Virus record (IMG/VR): IMGVR_UViG_3300043443_000226
DNA from: an uncultured virus (IMG/VR IMGVR_UViG_3300043443_000226)
Taxonomy: Duplodnaviria > Heunggongvirae > Uroviricota > Caudoviricetes
Strand: one strand, 5' to 3'
DNA length: 64,000 nucleotides
Each line of letters begins with the position of its first letter. Positions within the stretch are counted from its first letter, which is position 1. A program made the position numbers and the translations under genes. This document shows, one piece after another, positions 34,793 to 45,062 of this stretch. The notes beneath the pieces are model-generated. The model was not told the origin of the DNA. It saw only the letters and a list, made by a program, of their open reading frames with translations, and ran no database searches.

Positions 34793-37369
34793 TTAACCTA
34801 AAATCATCCAGGCTTGGCCCGTACCAACAGTAACCGAATATCCTGCCGCTACTGTTACAGGTGACACTGATAATCCATTTGTATTACTTGTGAATGTGTA
34901 GTTCTGGCTAATCACAATCTGTGACTCAAGAACCGGCCCACCAGAGCCCCCACCCCCGCCAGCAGCCCATGTAAGCGCACCAGCACCATCGCTTTGCAAG
35001 AAGTAACCAGCAGAGCCATAGTCCGTTGGGAATGTGTAAGTCTGAGTTGACGTTGTGGCAGCGTTACTTGGCTGAATGCGTAGCGTCTTTGTGCCAGACC
35101 CAGCATCGTTACTTTGCAGCTCTAAGTAACCTGACGTACCAGCACCTGTATTGGCCGTAACCTGCGCATAGCCAACAAACGATGCCTGACCAAGGTCGGT
35201 AATTGTTGCACTAGAGTTCTGCAACAACTTACCGGTCGTCGAATCAAATCGAGCAATTGCATTATCTGTCGAACTTGCAGGCCCGTTCACATCACCCGCT
35301 GTCAGCGTTGCAAACTCAAGCGCACTACCGCCGCTATTGACCTTAAGGTACTGATTAGCCGTACCTATAGCAGTCAACCCTGTACCACCGTTCGCAACAC
35401 CTAACGTTCCTGTGATTCCTGTCGATAACGGAAGTCCAGTTGCGTTAGTAAGGTTTAGCGCAGATGGCGTACCAGCATCGCCGTCATAAGTAACGACACC
35501 GCCCGTTGTGCCAGCAGTCAGCCCTAGTGCCGTTGCGACACCCGTGCCTAAACCAGATACGCCAGTACTGATTGGCAAGCCAGTAGCATTGGTGAGCGTA
35601 CCGCTTGATGGTGTACCTAATGCGCCGTTAAATAGAACCGGCGCACCAGCAGTGCCTACGGATTGTCCCAACGCAGTTGCAATGCCAGTGCCAAGGCCAG
35701 AAACACCGGTTGAGATTGGCAGACCCGTTGTATTAGTCAACGTACCCGACGAAGGCGTACCAAGCGCACCACCTGGTGCGACGTAATCAGTGCCAGCAAC
35801 AGCAGCGGCAATAACACCGCTTGTTGCCTTTACCATGCCTGTCGTTGTGGCCGCTTGGATTAGCTTACCAGTCGTGCCACTGTATAAAGCAATTTGAGCA
35901 TTGACTGAGGACGCTGGGCCTACGACATCGCCGACACCAACAGGAGAACCATACTCAAGAGCGGTTCCTCCTGAATTAACTTGCAAGACTTGACCAGCGG
36001 TTCCTAACGCTGTAAGCCCCGTTCCGCCAGAAGTAATAGGAATAGCGGTGCCGGAATAGCTAAGCGTAATATTTCCAGAACTGGTAACTGGAGAACCTGC
36101 CGTCAAGAATGCTGGCGGAGATATTCCAACTGATGTTACTGTGCCAGCACCCGAAGAAGTAAACCATTTAACGCCTTCAGTCGTGCTTGAATCAGCAACC
36201 AGTATTTGACCGTCTGTGCCAACAGGTAAACGAACATTGTCCGTACCTGTGTAGACAATCATGTCACCCTTGGTTGTATTTGGAGCTAGCGCATCAAAGG
36301 CTGATGTTTTGTCGCTTTGACCCGTACCGCCATTAGCAATAGGCAATGTGCCAGTGATCTTGGTTGCGGCAATTGATGTAATCCATGCAGGATTTGCATA
36401 ACTGCCTGTCGTATAGACGCCGTTAGTTACAGTGCCTGCATTACCAAGAACATCAATATTCCATGTTCCGGTGGCACCTGTACCTCCTGTAGGAACAAAA
36501 GCACCGCTTGCTCCAATAGCAGTTTGTAAGGCAGTAAGTACGCCAGTACCGAGTCCGGTAATACTTCCAGAAGGAAGGTTAGTACAGTTTGATAGATCGC
36601 CAGAAGATGGTGTGCCAAGTGCGCCGCCAGGAACAAGATAATCAGTGCCTCCAGTAGCAGCCGACAATACACCGGAGGTTGCTTTTAATATACCCGTCGT
36701 TGTCGCACGTTTGATGACTTTGCCTGTGGTGCTTGAGTAAAGCGCGATCTCATCATCAACCGATGCAGCAGGGCCATTCACATCGCCAGCGCCAATCGTG
36801 ACTCGTATGCCAGCAGCCGTAGTTGCACCCGTACCACCATTGGCAATCGGCAACGGTGTGCCCGAATAACTTACCGCTAAGGTTCCAGAAGTTGTGATTG
36901 GTGAACCAGATACCGACAAAAATGCAGGCACTGACATAGCAACGGAGGAAACGCTACCCCCGCCGCCGCCACCACCTGCCGCATTCTTAACAGACAGCAA
37001 CTGAAAGCTAGAGCCGTCATACATGAGCGAGCAAATAGCGCCAACCACAATAGCATTAGCGGACAATGTGCTGCCATCAGGGTAAATGATGTTCTTTGCA
37101 CCCTGACCATTGACGTTTAAGGTGCAAGGCCCGGTATTTGCACTTGTTGCTTGGAACTGAATGGCAAGACCAGCCTGGTACGTTGTTGATAGACCGGAAA
37201 GCGAAACAACGTAGGCATTCGTCGTACCTGAATCTAAAGCATAGTTGCTATAGGTCGATGCGTCATTAAGCGCTGTTGCAACCGTAGAAAAATCAGCATC
37301 CAGGTTAGCAAGCGGGATGGATGTCGTTGCGGTGGCAAATGTATTCGGAATTGTTACTGGCTTTGCCAT
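34793..37369 (-). CDS. Tail fibre, phage B (858 aa)
   Basis: G/T-rich repeats: LPIANGGTG, GDVxGPASS, GTPSSGTLTNATGLP. Confidence 0.85.
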   Translation of the reverse strand: MAKPVTIPNTFATATTSIPLANLDADFSTVATALNDASTYSNYALDSGTTNAYVVSLSGLSTTYQAGLAIQFQATSANTGPCTLNVNGQGAKNIIYPDGSTLSANAIVVGAICSLMYDGSSFQLLSVKNAAGGGGGGGSVSSVAMSVPAFLSVSGSPITTSGTLAVSYSGTPLPIANGGTGATTAAGIRVTIGAGDVNGPAASVDDEIALYSSTTGKVIKRATTTGILKATSGVLSAATGGTDYLVPGGALGTPSSGDLSNCTNLPSGSITGLGTGVLTALQTAIGASGAFVPTGGTGATGTWNIDVLGNAGTVTNGVYTTGSYANPAWITSIAATKITGTLPIANGGTGQSDKTSAFDALAPNTTKGDMIVYTGTDNVRLPVGTDGQILVADSSTTEGVKWFTSSGAGTVTSVGISPPAFLTAGSPVTSSGNITLSYSGTAIPITSGGTGLTALGTAGQVLQVNSGGTALEYGSPVGVGDVVGPASSVNAQIALYSGTTGKLIQAATTTGMVKATSGVIAAAVAGTDYVAPGGALGTPSSGTLTNTTGLPISTGVSGLGTGIATALGQSVGTAGAPVLFNGALGTPSSGTLTNATGLPISTGVSGLGTGVATALGLTAGTTGGVVTYDGDAGTPSALNLTNATGLPLSTGITGTLGVANGGTGLTAIGTANQYLKVNSGGSALEFATLTAGDVNGPASSTDNAIARFDSTTGKLLQNSSATITDLGQASFVGYAQVTANTGAGTSGYLELQSNDAGSGTKTLRIQPSNAATTSTQTYTFPTDYGSAGYFLQSDGAGALTWAAGGGGGSGGPVLESQIVISQNYTFTSNTNGLSVSPVTVAAGYSVTVGTGQAWMILG

Positions 37370-39108
37370 CAGAACCTCGCTCTTAGTTCATGTTCAAGCT
37401 GGAAGCCGTTGAAGGTAAATGCTGGTGCCGTGGATGTTACCGTCATGCCAAGGTATTTGCCATACATTTGGGCATCGTACTTAAGCAGTTTGTACCCTTC
37501 GGTCAACTGGTAACCAGACGAAATCCATTGCAAGGTGCTTCCAGCATTGTTTGTCCATGCAATGTTGTTAAAACTATTGTTTTGCCATGCAACCGCATTG
37601 CCAAGCGCAATCGATGTTGATGCGCGAGACTCGCTATCAATCGAAATATTCAATGAACCAGCAACCGTAACAGGAAATGTTGCTTCAACCCCAAGTTTGA
37701 GCGCTTGCTTGTCTCTAATCGGGTCTTTTAAGTCCCATAGCGCTGTAACAACCTCTGTTGAAATGTTAGCTGTCTGGTCTTCGTACATTCTGAAGAACGC
37801 ACCACCTGATTCGACGCCATAGGAGTTAATTAAACCATTTACAGGCGATGAATTGATGTGCGTTAGGTTGCCTTGATAGCTAATAAACCACTTGCGATCA
37901 AAGAAAACCAGTTGCACACGCCGGTAAGTGCCATTGTCGTTGTATCTGACGTTCCATGCGGACACCAAAATGTTGTAAATCAGTGTCTGGCAACCCGTTA
38001 CCGTTGAACTAAAGTCAATATTAGGGAAAATGCCGTCAAGTGCATCACTAATCTTGGTTGTTGTAGCGCCAACTAGCGCATAAACACCATACCGATTAAT
38101 AAATAAGATGCTTCTAAAGTAGGCAAAAACACCTAAAAACAGTTCTGTACCAATAGAAGCGCTGATATTGGTGTTAGTAAAGAGCGTTTCGCCAAGCGTA
38201 TTGACGCGAACATCCGAAAAAACATTGATCGACGATTCGCCAAAGATGTAAAGAAAGTTGTTAGCAGCGATGATTTGCGTGATGTCACCGTACAAAGTGC
38301 CATCGACCAACGTAATGTTTCCAGCAGAAATGCTTGTGAAGTCGTTGTAGCTGTCCGCTGCTGTGTAGTAGATGGTTCTGCCGTCCGCAATCCATACACG
38401 ACCAGAGAAGGACTGTATGCAAGTGCCAGGTTGGTTGATTGCCGTAGCCGTAGCTGATGCTGCGCCGCTAGAAAAAGTTATAGTTGGTGCTGACGTATAA
38501 CCTGTACCTGGCTCAGTAATCGTGATGGCAGTTACAACCCCGCCGCTTATTGTTGCGGTTGCAGTTGCTTGAACGCCTCCAACTTCATTAGGGGCGCTAA
38601 TCGTTACGGTTGGGGCCGCTGAGTATGCAGACCCTCCTGATGTAATCGTAATGGTGCCGACCGAACCGACCCGAACGAGATTCGTCCCGTCAAACGTAGC
38701 GTATCCATAAGTTGTGTCAATGATGAGCACTCGCTCATTCTTCCATTGACTAATCTGAGTACGGGTTCCGCTGAACGTGCCTGAGTTAGCCAGGGTGATC
38801 GGTGCGGTAGGGGTTTCCAAGCTGACATACTGCGCACCTCCATTGGTGAAGAACGCAAACATGTAAGCGACACCGCCAATATTGGCTGGTGCCATGTAAT
38901 GCACCGTGCCGCCCCAACTGAAATTTGTACTGCTGTAAGTAACGCGCTTTTCTTTGGGTATGACCTTCAGGTTCGAGTACCCAATAGGCATCACATTCTC
39001 TATCCAGGCAAACTCATTTTCCTGAATAGCTGTGCGATTGGCTTTGGTGTTAAGCCCTTTGAAATCCTTGGTAACGTGGTAGGACTTCTTTTGCTCAACT
39101 GCGGCCAT
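37369..39108 (-). CDS. Tail nozzle / stabilisation protein, phage B
   Basis: FKGLNT N-terminus, FSGRVWIA; follows the adaptor gene; inserted GGSAYSAAPTVTI repeat domain. Confidence 0.7.
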   Translation of the reverse strand: MAAVEQKKSYHVTKDFKGLNTKANRTAIQENEFAWIENVMPIGYSNLKVIPKEKRVTYSSTNFSWGGTVHYMAPANIGGVAYMFAFFTNGGAQYVSLETPTAPITLANSGTFSGTRTQISQWKNERVLIIDTTYGYATFDGTNLVRVGSVGTITITSGGSAYSAAPTVTISAPNEVGGVQATATATISGGVVTAITITEPGTGYTSAPTITFSSGAASATATAINQPGTCIQSFSGRVWIADGRTIYYTAADSYNDFTSISAGNITLVDGTLYGDITQIIAANNFLYIFGESSINVFSDVRVNTLGETLFTNTNISASIGTELFLGVFAYFRSILFINRYGVYALVGATTTKISDALDGIFPNIDFSSTVTGCQTLIYNILVSAWNVRYNDNGTYRRVQLVFFDRKWFISYQGNLTHINSSPVNGLINSYGVESGGAFFRMYEDQTANISTEVVTALWDLKDPIRDKQALKLGVEATFPVTVAGSLNISIDSESRASTSIALGNAVAWQNNSFNNIAWTNNAGSTLQWISSGYQLTEGYKLLKYDAQMYGKYLGMTVTSTAPAFTFNGFQLEHELRARF

Positions 39109-39110
39109 GA

Positions 39111-39752
39111 TTACTGAACCGAGTAAGGCGTTGGTAAACGACGCGTGAAGCTCGAATTAATCGCTGCCAGCAACTGCTTTTTGTACTCGGCATTGAAGAT
39201 TTCTGCTTCACCGTAAGATTGCTCTTTGTATTTGGCTTTGTAGGCCGCATAAAACGCTACAGGCGACGTGTAAGGCTCTAAGATCACCTCAGTCTGCGAG
39301 TCTGATGTAAGCGGAACAGGCAAGAGGATGGTATCAACCTCAATCACATAGACCTGATCAGGTACCGGGCCAAAATAAATTTGATTCTGCCCGTAACGTG
39401 TAAACGCAATGGGTCTGCCCGTGTAGTTCTGCCAAAACCGCAACTCAGCGTTGAATTGCGTCCATGACATGTATCGCAATGGTATGCGTGTGTTACCCCA
39501 GTACAGATTGATGTTAAGCACATCAAGAATTTGTTCTGCCCACGAAGGCAATGTAAGAGTTGATATATTAAAAACTTCAACCGAGGTGGTCGTAGCACCA
39601 GTCAGGATATTGCGCAGGCAACCCGTGTCACGCACGACACGATGCCGAGCACCATTGATGTAATCGGTTAGCTCGGTATCAGTCCAGAAGTTGCCAGCAG
39701 CATCATGCAGCAGTCTTCTAACTTCTGCGATATACCCTGAGTAGGTTGCCAT
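39111..39752 (-). CDS. Head-tail adaptor, phage B
   Basis: VRRLLHD...FWTDTELTDYINGA...YFGPVPDQ. Confidence 0.75.
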   Translation of the reverse strand: MATYSGYIAEVRRLLHDAAGNFWTDTELTDYINGARHRVVRDTGCLRNILTGATTTSVEVFNISTLTLPSWAEQILDVLNINLYWGNTRIPLRYMSWTQFNAELRFWQNYTGRPIAFTRYGQNQIYFGPVPDQVYVIEVDTILLPVPLTSDSQTEVILEPYTSPVAFYAAYKAKYKEQSYGEAEIFNAEYKKQLLAAINSSFTRRLPTPYSVQ

Positions 39753-40097
39753 TTATGCCTCATCGCTTGTCTGGGGCTGGACTTTGACCCCAGCTCGCCC
39801 ACGCGGAGCGGGAGGGGCTACTCGTTCCACCAACACGGCTGATTGTTGGTCGGGTTTTACTGGAGCGTCCGTAAAGGTGAACTCAGCAAGGCGAGCCATC
39901 GCTTTATCGTGGTCGGTGTTCATTTTTAACCAACCTAAACGCACCAAGTATTGGTACTTATTGTCGTCGCCATACCCAAAGATATGTCGCGCAACATGAG
40001 GTTCGATTTGTACGCTTTTGTTTGGCGGAAACTCAAACCACTGATCGACGTACTTGGCGACCAGTGGCTGAGAACCTTTGTTTGTAACAAAGATCAT
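39753..40097 (-). CDS. Hypothetical protein (114 aa)
   Basis: Coupled ORF in the late operon. Confidence 0.7.
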   Translation of the reverse strand: MIFVTNKGSQPLVAKYVDQWFEFPPNKSVQIEPHVARHIFGYGDDNKYQYLVRLGWLKMNTDHDKAMARLAEFTFTDAPVKPDQQSAVLVERVAPPAPRGRAGVKVQPQTSDEA

Positions 40098-40513
40098 GCT
40101 TCTAAAATGTCCCCATAAACATATACATCCGCTGTTGCTGCAGCACCTTGAGCGGTGGTGAGCGATAAGTATAAGTTGGGAATGCTTGATTTCACTGTAG
40201 TGCTTGCACTGCTTGTCGTACTAAGCGTGAGATCAAGGAAAAGCGCTGACGTTGTAAGCGAGGAGTAAGCCTGGGCCGCTGCAACAACCGCTGTACCACC
40301 TTTGCTAGCAGCGGTATAAACGCCGCCAGCAGCCGTGGTCAAAGAGATTGAAGCATTCGTCACCACAATGCGCCGAAGAATGAACTTCGACGGATTGCTA
40401 AAGATGGTGATTTGCTGATCGGCGGTGGAATTCATGTTCGCGCCGATTAACTTCCCAAGCAGGATGCCTCCAAACTGCTGCGGCAATAGACTACCGACTT
40501 TGTTTGCATCCAT
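40094..40513 (-). CDS. Putative structural protein (139 aa)
   Basis: Beta-rich, A/T-rich; downstream of the capsid gene. Confidence 0.65.
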   Translation of the reverse strand: MDANKVGSLLPQQFGGILLGKLIGANMNSTADQQITIFSNPSKFILRRIVVTNASISLTTAAGGVYTAASKGGTAVVAAAQAYSSLTTSALFLDLTLSTTSSASTTVKSSIPNLYLSLTTAQGAAATADVYVYGDILEA

Positions 40514-40525
40514 GCTTTACTCCAA

Positions 40526-40849
40526 TTACGAGTTGTAGGTGCCAGAAGCAGCCTGACCGCCATTAACCGTGAGGTAAAGAGCGGTTACGGTGCCTGATGC
40601 GCTAACCCATTTCAGGTTTTGACCATCAGAAACGATGGTTGCTCCTGTATTGGCTGCAATCAGCGTCGCCCACGATGTGCCGTTATAGGCTTGCACCGAT
40701 AGGTTTGCTACTGGATAGAGCAAATACAGACCTGCTGGAATAGTGACATCGGTACCGGCTGTAACTGCCTGAGTACCATAGTCAAAATAAGCGCCGTCAG
40801 CATCACTGCTTAAGCCACTAACGATGATTTTATTAAGTGCCAATGCCAT
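40526..40849 (-). CDS. Putative capsid decoration protein (107 aa)
   Basis: AGGAG RBS; immediately after the capsid gene. Confidence 0.6.
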   Translation of the reverse strand: MALALNKIIVSGLSSDADGAYFDYGTQAVTAGTDVTIPAGLYLLYPVANLSVQAYNGTSWATLIAANTGATIVSDGQNLKWVSASGTVTALYLTVNGGQAASGTYNS

Positions 40850-40859
40850 GATCGACTCC

Positions 40860-41861
40860 TTACAGCGTGAGTGAGTTAAGGCCGGTCACTTTGGTCATGC
40901 TCTTGGGCTTGGTGCTTACCATTTCAGCAATGGTCAACACTGCGCCAACATAACCAATCTGCCAGTTAGGCAGCGTGGACTCAAAGCCAGTAAACGCAAA
41001 CTCAGCCTGATCGTGGATGTACATGCTGAGATAGTTTGAGTTCAGCAAGTACAAAGTGCCTTCTGGGCAATAGGGATCAGGATAAATCGGCACACCTGCA
41101 ACCATGAGCGCACGGAAACCGGACGTTGGGCCTTCTTCACCGCTAGCAAAGTTGCTACCAGGGGTGATCATGTAGGTTTCTTGACCTACAAAGTCTTGCG
41201 CCAACAATGTCCAAGTGCCAAAGCCGCAAACGCCAAAGGAAGGAACCTCAGCACCGTTTTTCACCGTTCCAGAGATGTACTGGAGGATGTTTTGACGGGT
41301 TGGGTTAACGCTACCTGCGGCATACTCTTTGGAACCCCACCATGTGTATGTCGAACGGCTAAGTCCACCATAGGTGCCTGCCGAATCAACAGCAATGGGC
41401 AATCCAGTGAATTGCTGGCTGTTACTGGTGTTGTTGTACAGCGCTGTTGCCATTGCATCCATCATGACGTTGGTCGCATCGTTCATGCGAGCCTCAATCA
41501 AAGGAATCACAGCATAGTCTTGCTGTACAGCACCTTCCATACCGAGGAAGGGAACTGGAGCGATCATCAACTTAAGGTTGAATTCAGCGTTGTAAGCACC
41601 CTGCATGACGCTAGGCTGTGCAAACGAACCGCTGTAGTCCGACCATTGTGCGTTGACAAACTGAGAACCCTGAACAGGCACGGTTACCGATGACACACCG
41701 CCTGAAGCGGTCTGAGAATTGGCAAGCAATGCGGCAAGCAGGGGGGTTGAGTTGTAAAGCTGGACAACCAGTTTCGGAATGAAAGCCCTACGGGTAACGT
41801 AGGTCAGTTCATTGTACTGACTGGTGCCTGCTGTTGGGATAATACCGCCACCAATAGGCAT
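40860..41861 (-). CDS. Major capsid protein, phage B
   Basis: 333 aa; TRRAFIPKLVVQ.YNSTPLL, GVPIYPDPYCP; between scaffold and decoration genes. Confidence 0.8.
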   Translation of the reverse strand: MPIGGGIIPTAGTSQYNELTYVTRRAFIPKLVVQLYNSTPLLAALLANSQTASGGVSSVTVPVQGSQFVNAQWSDYSGSFAQPSVMQGAYNAEFNLKLMIAPVPFLGMEGAVQQDYAVIPLIEARMNDATNVMMDAMATALYNNTSNSQQFTGLPIAVDSAGTYGGLSRSTYTWWGSKEYAAGSVNPTRQNILQYISGTVKNGAEVPSFGVCGFGTWTLLAQDFVGQETYMITPGSNFASGEEGPTSGFRALMVAGVPIYPDPYCPEGTLYLLNSNYLSMYIHDQAEFAFTGFESTLPNWQIGYVGAVLTIAEMVSTKPKSMTKVTGLNSLTL

Positions 41862-41890
41862 GATAGGTTCCTTTTAAGAAACAGACCTAA

Positions 41891-42433
41891 TTAACGAAGT
41901 CCAATCGGGCGAGACTGGTTTCCCTGTCTTAGCTCGTTGAGTGCACTCGCCGCTGCTTCCCTGGCCGCTGCTGCAGGATTCTTCAAATACTTCTGAAAGT
42001 CATTGACCTTCGAGGTAATTGGCGAATTACTGAATGCAGGGGTGGGCTTATCAGCCTGGCGCATCCAGTTGTAATACTCAGCAGCCGATTCGTGATTGCT
42101 AATGCCTTTTTCAATCATCAATTTCTCGATGGCTTTGACATCATCATCCGATTCAGCAAGACGTTTCTCCTTCAACGTATTTCTACGCTTTTCTAACTCG
42201 GTTCGAGCGTCCTTTTCTTTCAATCGTGCTTCCAACTCGGCAATCTTTTGCTGCTGTGCAGAAATAGCCTGGTTGGTTCGCTCTTCAATCTCAAGTTCAG
42301 GAACTGGAAGGTCGGGATGCGCTTGCCTTGTCAGTTTCAGAAACTCCTTTCGGGTTTTCGGATTCTCAGCCAAGGCTTTCGCCAAGGCGGCAAGCTCATC
42401 ACGGGCGTCTGGGGTAAGGTTTTCTAGCGACAT
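41891..42433 (-). CDS. Probable scaffolding protein, phage B
   Basis: Coiled-coil, charged; precedes the capsid gene. Confidence 0.6.
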   Translation of the reverse strand: MSLENLTPDARDELAALAKALAENPKTRKEFLKLTRQAHPDLPVPELEIEERTNQAISAQQQKIAELEARLKEKDARTELEKRRNTLKEKRLAESDDDVKAIEKLMIEKGISNHESAAEYYNWMRQADKPTPAFSNSPITSKVNDFQKYLKNPAAAAREAAASALNELRQGNQSRPIGLR

Positions 42434-42461
42434 TGTTTTTTCAGCCGTTCAAAACAATTAG

Positions 42462-42641
42462 TTAAATGACACGCTTGGTGTCACCGGGTTTGGAAAGCGT
42501 CATCTGGTTTTTAGTAACCTTATTCGCTCCACTCAAGCCACCAAACGGCTCATACCGAGGTGGGTTGTAAATCTGACCATTCTTTTGCTGGTTATCCGTC
42601 GGGCGACGAATCGTTCCAGCGCGGGGTTTGAACAATTCCAT
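42462..42641 (-). CDS. Hypothetical protein (59 aa)
   Basis: GGAG RBS. Confidence 0.65.
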   Translation of the reverse strand: MELFKPRAGTIRRPTDNQQKNGQIYNPPRYEPFGGLSGANKVTKNQMTLSKPGDTKRVI

Positions 42642-42650
42642 CACTATCTC

Positions 42651-43127
42651 CTAGATAGGTAAGGGTGGGTTTTGAGTCCCAGGGGTTGGTGCCGCAGCCA
42701 TTGCTCGCATCTCGGCAGACGCGCCACCAGCTTGAGGCAAAGTCTGAATCATTTGCATGATTTCAGATGGTACTAACTCTTTGGCTTTGTAATCCATCTC
42801 ACCAAAGGCCGATCCAATTTTTCCTATGGCATCTTTCAGCGCTTTTTGCTCAGGCGAGCCATCAGGAAACTTCTGCATGGCACCCATCAACATGCCCATA
42901 CCAAGCTGCACATCAATGCGGCCTTGCATTTCCTCACCCTTTTTGGGTTCCGGCGTAGACATAGGGGAAGACATGGGAGGTGACGAAGCGCCAGACAGTG
43001 CCGGTTTCTTTTCTTCACCTTCTTCGCCTTCAGTGCCTTCCTCTTCAACCTCGATTTCCATCGAAGCCTTACCGTCTTTGGCACCGCCACGAATCAATTT
43101 CATCAATTCTTCTGCGCTAACAGCCAT
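42651..43127 (-). CDS. Hypothetical head-module protein (158 aa)
   Basis: AAGGA RBS; M/P/E-rich. Confidence 0.7.
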   Translation of the reverse strand: MAVSAEELMKLIRGGAKDGKASMEIEVEEEGTEGEEGEEKKPALSGASSPPMSSPMSTPEPKKGEEMQGRIDVQLGMGMLMGAMQKFPDGSPEQKALKDAIGKIGSAFGEMDYKAKELVPSEIMQMIQTLPQAGGASAEMRAMAAAPTPGTQNPPLPI

Positions 43128-43147
43128 ATTGAGTCCTTTCAGGGCGG

Positions 43148-43176
43148 TTTGTAACCACTTACCGACCGTCTGTCAA
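43148..43176 (-). promoter_or_regulatory. Promoter for the phage B head operon
   Basis: TTGACA-N17-TACAAA. Confidence 0.6.
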
Positions 43177-43224
43177 GCGATTAACGGCGAGATGGCCGTG
43201 CGTAACGTAGCATTTTGCGTTGCA

Positions 43225-43425
43225 TCATGAGAAACGACCTCCTGCGCGTTGATAACCCGTGCGATTCATCGTCGCACGACCATAATTCAGTTGCGGAGTG
43301 CGATAAATCTGTTTTAACTCGGATTTACCGGTTCTTGGCTGGTCATTTTGGAAGGAATAGCGGTCAGAACCACCACTTGAGCCTCCAGAACCGCCATTCA
43401 TGTTGGAATTACCGTTTGTCAGCAT
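43225..43425 (-). CDS. Small G/R-rich protein (66 aa)
   Basis: GAGG RBS right after the portal gene. Confidence 0.6.
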   Translation of the reverse strand: MLTNGNSNMNGGSGGSSGGSDRYSFQNDQPRTGKSELKQIYRTPQLNYGRATMNRTGYQRAGGRFS

Positions 43426-43433
43426 AAAAACCT

Positions 43434-45062
43434 CTACATAGCGGGTGGTGCAGCGCCTTCAGGCGTTGGTTGCTGCTGTTTTTGCATTTCTTGCGCTGCT
43501 TGTTGAGCCTGTTCCATCTTTCGGAGGTCTTCTTTGAGCAATTGCTTCATCGGAGGCTCCAAAATGTCAATCAAACGCTCTTTGGTGATGGCACCACGGT
43601 CTGCAAGTGCAAATGCAAGGCTTCTAAGGTCTTCCGTGAAGATGGGTGAGTTGGAATGAGCATCCACTTTCACTACAAAGTCCTTCGTGAACTGGTTTGC
43701 AATGAACTTATCACCCTGGTCATCGGTGTAAATGCGGTCAGAATAGGTTTGCATGGCCTTTAAGTACAGCGTTGCCATCTTTTCTAAGGCATCTTCAATG
43801 ATTAATGCACGTTTTTTAGCCCTCGAAGACCCCAAACGCGCTAATTGCGAAGCGTGACCGGCACTTCGAACGCCTGATTCACCCCTGCCCTGCAACACAT
43901 TGACAATGCCAGAGGCTTCTTCAAACATTTGATCAATCTCTGCAATTTCTCTAAAGAGATCATTGGGGATAGATGGTGCCATTTGCTCAACCTTGGCATT
44001 TGGCATGTCCGTAGAAAGCAAGCCACCAACGCGGTTAAGCGCAAAGTTCTTCTCATCAAGCAAACCCGTAAAGCCAATAAGCGCTGTAGGCGGTGATACT
44101 TGCTTCGATAAAAGATCAAGAATCTCTTGCATCCGCTTATTGCGCATGTCTTGCAAGAAAACAAGCCTTGCAACTTCAGAGATACCCCAGTAGTAATCGT
44201 ATTGCGGGGTTGGGCAGAGCTGAATAAAGGGTAATTCACCCTTTAGGAACATGCTTTCACCTGAGCGGTCATAGATGATGACGTTCGGGTCAGCAATGGT
44301 GACGCACTGATAGTCCTCAGTCATGTCATTCCAGACCCATAACTCAGTCATCTTGATCGTGTCTTCAGCAACCCGTGCCTTGTATTGCTGCATACCAGCA
44401 ATATTGAGGTTCACATTGCCGTACATCGTTGGGTCAGTAGCCGATAGGATCAAACGCTGAATGCCATCAGGCACTTGGTTCTCTTGGCTTTGCCCCATTT
44501 GCAAGCGAGCAAGCAGTGCCTCACGTTGCGGATGCGAGTAAAGCCTAGCGTATAACTCAGAGCGTGTGATGTAGTAAATCTGAATCAACGCTTCTTGGCG
44601 ATCTGTGTGCGGCGTATCTTCTCGATACACGCCAATACACCGCGGATCAACCATGTAAGGGTGCAAGCCATTCTTTTGAATGAGCTTAATGAAGGTCGAG
44701 TTGTAGCAAAGCGCCCAGTTCAGCGCCTGGGCAAAGACCTGATCAGCGTTGCTATTGAGCCAATCGTCATTCAAAGCGCCTGTAAGCGAAGGAATCTTGG
44801 TTTGTTCGTGCTTATTAACCGAGGCGCCGAGCGAAATCGTAAAGCGTGTGGTTTCTGCTGAGTAGAGGAAGGAGGAGAGTTGGTCAATGTGCGGGTAAAT
44901 CTTGTTGTAGTACGCAGGCGGTGCATCCAATCCCGCACCAAAGAGATAGTAAGAGCGCAGCGAGTCATAAGTACCCGTGCGCTCCTGAATGCTGACGGAG
45001 CACTTATCTACCAAGTCATTGTAGAAATACTCTCTCTGGATGGGATCGTCAGGAATTCTCAT
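43434..45062 (-). CDS. Portal protein, phage B
   Basis: 542 aa; YNKIYPHID, LPFIQ..P....YWGISE, GRGESGVRS, Q-rich tail; downstream of terL. Confidence 0.85.
   Translation of the reverse strand: MRIPDDPIQREYFYNDLVDKCSVSIQERTGTYDSLRSYYLFGAGLDAPPAYYNKIYPHIDQLSSFLYSAETTRFTISLGASVNKHEQTKIPSLTGALNDDWLNSNADQVFAQALNWALCYNSTFIKLIQKNGLHPYMVDPRCIGVYREDTPHTDRQEALIQIYYITRSELYARLYSHPQREALLARLQMGQSQENQVPDGIQRLILSATDPTMYGNVNLNIAGMQQYKARVAEDTIKMTELWVWNDMTEDYQCVTIADPNVIIYDRSGESMFLKGELPFIQLCPTPQYDYYWGISEVARLVFLQDMRNKRMQEILDLLSKQVSPPTALIGFTGLLDEKNFALNRVGGLLSTDMPNAKVEQMAPSIPNDLFREIAEIDQMFEEASGIVNVLQGRGESGVRSAGHASQLARLGSSRAKKRALIIEDALEKMATLYLKAMQTYSDRIYTDDQGDKFIANQFTKDFVVKVDAHSNSPIFTEDLRSLAFALADRGAITKERLIDILEPPMKQLLKEDLRKMEQAQQAAQEMQKQQQPTPEGAAPPAM

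Noticed and set aside
27255..37369. Diversity-generating retroelement or invertible fibre switch
   Set aside because: No reverse transcriptase or invertase; fibre repeats differ at synonymous positions rather than specifically at adenines
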